From assembly GCF_964194155.1 (NCBI RefSeq), contig NC_135894.1, forward strand, positions 46,562,001-46,626,000: a stretch of 64,000 nt of DNA, written 5' to 3'. Under the pieces are notes generated by a model. That model made no database searches and was not told the DNA's origin. It was given only the letters and a program-made list of their open reading frames with translations. Positions 50,101-59,100 of the stretch are shown in pieces. Position numbers and translations under genes: made by a program. The first letter of the stretch is position 1. The number at the start of each line of letters is the position of its first letter. This DNA comes from Cetorhinus maximus. Taxonomy: Eukaryota.

Positions 50101-53100
50101 ATGAGGTTATAGATTCTAGTTGAACACAATTCTGTTGATGATGATGACCCACAGTGGCTCTTGGATGCCCAGTTTTGAGTTGCTAGGTTTGTTCTGATTC
50201 TATCCTATTTAGCACAGTGATAGTGCCACAACCGCAGTGGCGAGTTTTCACGTCGCATCGTCCCAAACCCGCCACATTAGTTATGCATTCCCGGGAAATA
50301 CACCATTTTGATGGCAGGCTGGCTCTCATTCGCCCGCCATGCCATCACCTCACCGCTTCATCACACTGGGGGCCATATTTAAAGCCCAGACACGCACACT
50401 CATTTCAGTGCTTCCAGCCCACGACTACTGCAGAGAAGATGTCCATGAAAGGCAAAAAGACTGCAGCCCCCATGTCTAGTGACGCATAATTGGAACGGCT
50501 TTTGGACGCCGTGGAGGCCTGATGCGATGTCTTCTACCCTTGCTCTGGTCGCAGGATGGGCAGCTGGGTGACCACCCAGGCTTGGGAGGCAATGGCAGTG
50601 GTGATCAGTGCCAATGCTGCACAGAAGAGGTTGGCCATCCAATGCAAAGAGGATAAATGATCTCGTCCATGCAGTCAGGGTATGGCGACCATCTCATCAC
50701 TCTAAACTCACATGCTCAAGCTAATCACACATTCACTGGCATCTCACTCACTGCCAGCTCAATGGACATCACCACCCATTCTCACACACACATCCTTACA
50801 TCTCCATCTGGCCTCATCTCCTCTGGAGACTGCCTCCTCAGCCATCGTCATCTTGGCGCCACTTGCACAGATCAACATGTGTCTCCACACACACCCTGGG
50901 ATACCCTCCTTCCCCAGTACAGCCCTCGTCCTGCAGAATCTGCCCTTGCCTGAGGCCACTTCTCGCCCTTCTCCACGCAAGCCCTAGACCTGCAGCTATT
51001 GAAAAGCCAGCCACATATGACTGATCTGGTAGGCAGAGACCTGCCGTGAGCCCCCCCAAAAATGATGTGGTGCTGTCTGTGAAGCCTGGCACTGATGGCT
51101 ACAAGTGCTGACCAAAGAAAGGTAGGCAAAGAAACATTGAAGTCCCGAGCGAAGTGCAGCCCGCCAGGTGTACGTTACTTATGTTGTGAAACACATTGGC
51201 GTGTTTTCCTACCGATGTGGGCGGACGAACCAGAGGTGGAAGTGGGGTGTGGTGAACGATCCTAGCGTGCTGGCCTAATAATCATATGCAGATGTATTAC
51301 AATGAGGTTCCCTATATCCGATGGCAGGAAACACGGCCCACAATTGGAGGCTGAGGGGACGATCGCAACCTGGTTACACGCCGCCCTGAAACCAATTGCG
51401 CCATATTGTCCGCTCATGCCTCCGAACACGCCCAATGCTGCCGGACATGGAAAACCTCGGCCAAAGAAACAATGCATAAAATAAATTGGAGGCATTTAGG
51501 GTGGATGATGAACATAGAGGAAGGGCAGCACCCAGATTCAATAATGCATCACTGAAATTACTGCTGTTTACGGTCAGAAGGAGAAGGGACTTTTCTCCAA
51601 CACTGGAAGAAAGAAACCTATGACTATCACTAAGAAGGCTTGGTTTGAGGTAACTGAGTTGAGCAGCAGGAACCATAAGACCTTAAGACATAGGAGCAGA
51701 AGTAGGCCATTCGGTCGAAGGAGTCTTCTCCACCTTTCAATGAGAACATAGCCGATCTGATAATCTTCAACTCCACTTTCCTGCCTTTTCCCCATAGCCC
51801 TTTTTCCCTTACTGATTAAAAGTCTGTCTGTCTCAGCCTCGAATATACTTAATGACCCAGCGTCCACAGCCCTCTGCGGTAAAGAATTCCACAGATTGAC
51901 TACCCTCTGAGAGAAGAAATTCCTCCTCATCTCAGTTTTAAATGGGTGCCCCCTTACTCTGAGATATTGCCCTCTGGTCCTAGACTCTTCCACAAGGGGA
52001 AACAACCTCTCAGCATCTACCCTATCGAGCCCCCTAAGAATCTTATATGTTTCAATAAGTTCACCTCTCATTCTTCTAAACTCCAATGAGTACAGACCCA
52101 ATGCACTCAACCTCTCCTCGTAAGAAAATCCCTCCATCCCCGGGATCAATCAAGTGAACCTTCTCTGCACTACCTCCAATGCCAGTATATCTTTCCGTAG
52201 ATAAGGGGGCCAAGACTGTTCACAATATTGGAGGTGTGGTCTATAGTATAGTAACTATAGTTTTCCTTATTTTTAGGGAAGCGCGGGGAGGGTTCTGGAG
52301 AGAGGATAAGTAGGCTTACAAAGCAAAAGGATATGGCGGCATTGCAGGGCAGCTACTTAGGTAATGATTCCCAGAGTGTGACAGGAAGGGACAGAGGGTA
52401 CAAACATTAAAAAAACAGCAAATAGGATCAAAGGGGGGAAAAAAATGGTAAAAAGACAAAATTAATGGCTCTTTACTTAAATGTATGTAGTATTCGGAAC
52501 AAAATAAATGAATTAATGGCACAAATAGACATTAATGGGTATGATCTTATAGCCAATACAGAGACATGGTTACAAGGAGATCATAGCTGAGAACTAAATA
52601 TTCAGGGGCATGGGACTTTTCGAAAGGACAGGCAGGAAAGAAAGGGTGGTGGGGTAGCTTTGTTAGTACGAGATGGAATAAGTACGATAGCAAGGAATGA
52701 TCTTGGATCAGAAGATGTGGAATCCATATGGGTAGAGATAAGAAATAACAAGGGGAAAAAGATACTGGTAGGAGCATTCTATGGGCCCCCTAACAGTAGC
52801 TATGCTGTAGGACAGAGAATAAATCAGGAGATAATGAGGGCGTGTAAAAAAGGCAGTACATTAATCAGGGGTGACTTTAATCTTCATGTAGATTGGGAAA
52901 ATCAAATTGGCAGAGGTAGCCTTGAGCAAGAATTCATAGAGTGTAATCAAGACTGTTTCCTAGAACAATATGTTGTAGATCCAACCAGGGATCAGGCTAT
53001 TTTGGGAATGTGTAATGAAGCATGTTTAATAAATGATCTCAGAGTAAAAGATCCCCTAGGAAACAGCAATCATAACATAGTGGAATTTAGCATTCAGTTT

Positions 53101-56100
53101 GAGGGTGAGAAACTTAGTTTGGAAACAACTGTGCTAAACTTAAATAAGCGTAATTATAAAGGAATGAGGACAGAGTTGGCTGGAGTGGACTGGGAAATGA
53201 GTTTAGTAGAAAAGACGGTTGATAAACATTGGCAGACATTTAAGAAAATAGTTCATGACTCAAACAAAGATATACCCCAGTGAGGAAGAAGGATTGTAGG
53301 AAGGGGATAAACCAACCATGGTTAACCAAGGAAGTTAAGGTTAGTATCAAAGTGAAAGAAAAAACATACAGCATGGCAAAGATTAGTGGTAAGCCAGAGG
53401 ATTGGGAAAGTTTTAAAAACCAACAAAAGATGACCAAAAATATATAAAGAGGAAGAAAATAAACTTTGAGGGTAAATTAGCAAGTAATATAAAAATGGAA
53501 AGTAAGAGCTTCTTTAAGTATATAAAAAGGAAGATAGAGGCCAAAGTCATTACAGGCCCCTTAGAGAATGAAGCTAGGGAAATAATAATGGGGAATCAGG
53601 AAATGGCAGAGGAGTTGAATAAACACTTTGCATCCGTCTTCATGGTAGAAGACACTAATAGCATACCAAAAAGCATTGCAGGACATCCACGAGGGTGATT
53701 CCACAAAGGACATATTCTTCTGAGGGTGCATAGTTTCAGGATTTAGAGCCATGCACCAGTACAGACAGTGATGGGAGGGAGACTTACGGAGAGTCTGCTT
53801 CAGGGGTGGGAGCCTGGGGAGCCCAATCCTCTCCAATCTCTGCTCAGTGGGGCACAGATTCTGAATCTTGGAGCTATCATTGTGAAAGAGAATGCTAGAG
53901 GTGCATCACCAACTTAGATATGACACACACACACTTCACATTAGGAGGAGTTCAACTTGATCACTAGTACATTGGTGGCATGGAGAATTACGAACATTGT
54001 AACAATATCTGCCATGGAAAGAGTGGCCATCTCCACAGAGAATCAAGTAAGGCTCTCAACTGAGTTCATGAAGATCATGACTTCAGCCTGCAGGCGGTAT
54101 CTAACTCCTTAAATAAGGTGACATGACAACTTCAGCCTGTAGAAGCATTGCTGTTCTGAGAGATCAAGATAAGCTGAGTCCCTGTGACTTAGATAGCGTC
54201 TCCTGCGACCTAAACCCCTGTTCTTTGCAAATCACACCTCTGCACCTCCCTCTCATACACCTAGTGCTAATCCCACTACAGCATGTTGTCACTGCATATT
54301 ATCACACCCACATTATTCAATATGTTTGAATGACACCAATTGTGAAATCGAAATAAAATTTGTGTTGACTGAATATAAAATTTTAATTTTGTTAAGTATT
54401 TTGATTGGGCAAATAGAGAAATTCTATTTCTACTGCTTTGGGAGTCAGTATTGAGGGGCTCATCAATTGAAAATTGTCTCTGAAAGAGTGAAAAGGGAAG
54501 TTAGAAGAAATATCTTTGCATATAAAATGTTTTGTTACTGGGAGTAATTGAGGCAGATACTTTTGTATCATTTTTAGGGTGGAATGGTTAAACATTTGAA
54601 GCAAAGGGTGGTTCAGGTTATGGAAGGAGAGCAGGGCAATGGAATTAATTTGAAGTTGCACCATCAAAGAAGCAACGCAGACATGATGGGCAAAATAACT
54701 TGCTTCTGTGCTGTAAACTTCCATGGTTCTATGGTTTGAAGTTGCATTGACCTTATGCACAATACATTCAATAAAGCTAAAAAATATACGGGATGAATTT
54801 GACAGCAACTCCCCCACTAGTCTGTTGTAATTTCACCAAAAGAGCTGTGGGAACTCCAAAAAACAGCAGAAACAGGAAAAATTTACCCCCCTCCCCACCC
54901 CGCCCGCCCCTGTAATCTAACAAAAAGCTCAGCTTTTGGAAGATATTTTTAAATGAATATTAGTTAACTCAATATAAGTAATTCCAAAATACATTGATTT
55001 TGACAGCAAGGTCAAATCATTTTTGAAGACATTTTTATTTTAGTAGCCATTATTTTTACTGCTACGAAAGTTTCTAAGATAACTACCTACTTGCGCAAAT
55101 GAAAGGCTCCAATTCATCCTCAGGGTGACTAGCTTATCCACTCCCTAGTACCTGCTCAGATACTTTCACTTGACGGCAATTAGACAGTGTTAGTCAAGAT
55201 GCGACGCTTTCCCATCAGAGACTAAGGACAGAGCTGCCATCGGCCAGGAGTTTTCCCTCGTCGGGCGGGAGCAGTCGGGAAGTGGTCCACGATCAGGGCT
55301 GGTCCGTGGTTTCCCACTGGCGGGCCAATTAAGGCCTGTCACATGAGCAAGGACATGTTCTTAATGAAGTGTTAAATTTATAGTTTATTTTTAATTGCTG
55401 TTGGAAACCTCATCCCACCCATGGATGAGGTTTCCTAAAAAGTATAAAGGCCACTTGGCCTTTTCACCTGCCTACCAACCGTAAGGAAGATATCATTTAA
55501 TTGGGACTTTAATGGCTTTAATAGGCCTTTTAATTCCGGAGGGTGCGCTGCTGACCCCCGCGCGCGCCTGGCAACCAAAATACCGCACACAATTTTATGC
55601 TCGAATGGATCATGCGTGCGCCTGCCCGCTCAGCGAAAAATCCTGCCCATGGAGTCCAGAAGTCATGAAAATATGTTTGAAGATAACATAACTATGTGTA
55701 GGCTCTGAGGTCAATCTGTTAGTATGTATAACAACTAACAAGTGCAACTGTTGAGTCTGTAGCTGTCCTTTGTGGCAACATCACAGAAGCTTGATAATAA
55801 TGGGAAGATAGGAAAGGTGCAGGGGGTTTTGGTAGTGGGTGATGAACCCAATGAACAGATCTTTCTTTTTAAAGGCCACACCAAGATTTCTATTAAATGA
55901 CAGCATGTTACACAGGATTTACACCAATGTCTGCTCCAATAGATGTATCAATAAGCTGACCAAGGAAACCCTCACATACGGAACACTCCTGACGATTTGT
56001 GCACAATTTTCTTCTGAATGACATAACAGCAGCACAATTCAACCCCATGTGCAAATTCTGGTTTTGGCTTGTTTTGTTAGAATAATGCCAAACAGCCACC

Positions 56101-59100
56101 TTACTGAAGACCTTTAATTAGAAATATGTTGATATGTTTGGATTTGCTAAATCAGATGCTGCTTCTTGACGTTGGCACCACACCTTCAGTAGTGAATTGC
56201 AAGAAAACAGCAATAAGTTTATTACTATTAATAAATCTTACTCTCCTTTGTTAATTTTGTTAAATCCCGATCTTCACTTTGAAATTTACTACATTATTAA
56301 CCTCCATTTAAAATTTTGATTTAATATCACTCAACAATCTGACACAATCACAAAGAAGCTACTCAAATGTCAGGTGTTTTTATACTGCATTACTATTTAA
56401 TGAAAATAACTGCTTAAAGCAAAGTATAAATAAGATACTTTACATACTTCCTTGTTCCATGTTGTTTCACAATCTTCTGTTTTCATTGTTAATTTTCCAT
56501 TAACTTTTATTGTAGCTGACAAAACCTAGGTTCACCACACCATTACTTACCACCTTTGAAAGAAGTTACCAACTATTACTTCTTACCATTGCTGACCTTC
56601 TGGTGTCTGTCATCCACTTTGCAGATATGATGCATGTTAAAAAATCTAATTGCTTCATCAGGTCAATGTTTGTCTCAATTTTATCCATAAAAACTAACAT
56701 TCATATTGTAGGACAAGCTGTTATGTACTTGCCACTAGTAATCTTATCAGATCTCCATTAAGGTAGCTTGGTAATTAGCAATAAGTCAGAGTAAAAATTA
56801 CTCTGCTTACAACTAGGGACAGCTTGAACACTTTGGATGCATTGAATGAACTGCCATTGATAGGTTGCCATCTACATAATGAAGCCTCATGTCAGTGTCA
56901 TGAGAAGTTGTGAAAGAGAGGATAAGCACTGGTTTGATTCTATGAAACAAACAGTGGCTGGAAGATTAGAGGATAGATGAAATTTGTAGACCCTCTAGGG
57001 GAGGGTTGTGTGGCACCAGGCACCGGGAGCTCTCAACCATGGCAATTGTAGAACTAAATAAACAAGAAATGATGATGATTGCCAATGACAGACACATAAT
57101 ACAGTCACCAGCAATAAAAGATTCATTGGCCAAACAGGTTAAATAAGCTGTCAACCTGCAGCATAGAACCTACATATACAATGTAAACAGTCTAACCAGA
57201 GCAGTTTGGGTAAAACATACATACCCTCAATGATGGTTCAGCTCAGACCCTGGTAAAAAAAAAGAGTAATATATAAGTGCAAAATTATATTTTGAGCAGC
57301 TCTATCTGATTATACTCTGAGATTTGTGCTTTCTCCTCATCCCCTGACGTTCACTCTTACCCATGACCCAGCTTCAGTCCTTGATTGATTCTGTGGTCTC
57401 CTTCCTCCATCAACTTTATGCCATTCAGGGGCTCTTGACAAGATATACAGGAAGGGAATGAGAAGTAAGAATCCTTTCTCATAGTTTTTTTGGTATGTGT
57501 GTGAGAAATGCAATCTGATCGTATGGTAAATGGTGAGGTCTGTAGCGCTGGGTGGCACTGATCTTTTCAAGCCAATGTCATACTAACTTTGGTCATAGCA
57601 CCCACTTTATTAAGCATGCAGTCATGCATATTTCCAAAACAAAAACTCAGCAGGTCTGGCAGCATCGGTGGAGAAGAAACTTCCAAACTTTTCCTGTTTC
57701 CTATATGATTTACTTCTGAGGAAGATCCTAAATGATACGAAGTGTCATGAAGTATTCACACTTCAGAAGCAACAAGCAGAAGAAATTGCACAGGGCCCCA
57801 AGAGTAGGAGCTTACTTGAAGTGCTACTGAACAGGAAAGGTATGCTATTCTGTGATTCTATCAAAGAGGTACTCTTCACAAACACTAGATGCTCAAAGCA
57901 CTTTACAGCCAATGAAGTACTTTTCTCTTGAAGTGCTGTAAATATAGGAAACACACCAATCAATTTGCGCACATGGTGGGATTGGCAGGAATGCAGCATG
58001 CACCAGTGAGGTGGTAGCCTTCACAGGACATGCTGATGTGCCCAGACATGAGGAGCTGAACAGCCACCTTCAATGGTGTGCTATCCTGTGATTCTGTCAA
58101 AGAGTAGGTTGGCACCAGGGCGAGTTTGACTTCAGTGACGAGCTGGTGGCAAGAACAAAGGGTTTGGATTTTTGGCCATAAGTCGGGAATCAACTTATAC
58201 TCAAGAATAATGAAAAATTAACGGTTAGTTTTGGCCTAAAGTCAGAGGTCGACTTTTACACAAGATCAACCATTGCTTGAGTATATAGGGTAGTACTAAA
58301 GGTGATAGATTTGTCCTAAGTGACACTTTCAATTCAATGCATATGTTACATGCAAGATTTGTATAGCTGTAAATAGATGAATATATGTAACATAATTTGA
58401 TTTAACTTTGACAATTTGCTTTTGCATGTTCCAGCACAGAATTAGAATGTCACATCATAGTGATACAAATGAATACAGCATTGTCTTGATTTTCAGAAGT
58501 TATATCAGAAAATAACTATTTATATCTAAACTTAAGCTTCATTAATTGCATGAATTAACAATGGTGTATTATACTGTTATGTAAACTTGGAATTGCTTAA
58601 TTTGATAGCTATTTTCAATGTAAAGAACCATGATTTATCTCTTTCTAGATGCAGTAAGCAACTCCTTCAATCTAACTGCATATGTTAGCATTGGTGTGGT
58701 TCTAGCAGTGCTAGCTATTGGAATCATTCTTATATTGCTACGTTATGTTCATGTAAGTAACAAGAATTTACTATATTTAAACATAAATATACACTTGATT
58801 ATTAAGGCTACACTAAGTAATTTAATAAACATAATATAATAAATATACACTTCCTTTAACTTGTTGCCCTCAAATAATTTTCACACTTGTCCAATTAATT
58901 TGTAGTTGTTGAATTGAATTATGGTTATTCACACATGTTTACTTGTACACTCAATTCTTCTCATGCTGGTCTAATAGTAAGTTAATTATTTAAAAAGAAC
59001 AAACCCTTAAAATTAGACTACCATTTGGAGATTGAAAAGCCTAGAATAGGCATGCACCCCTTTCAATGTAATGAACTGTAATAAACAACAACAGCCATTT

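Noticed and set aside
23975-58648. Additional Ig exon in the 34.7-kb intron 2 (would make the gene CD226/CD200-like)
   Set aside because: I found no open phase 1-1 exon with Ig Cys/Trp spacing by reading, though phases would permit one; only transcript data can exclude it.
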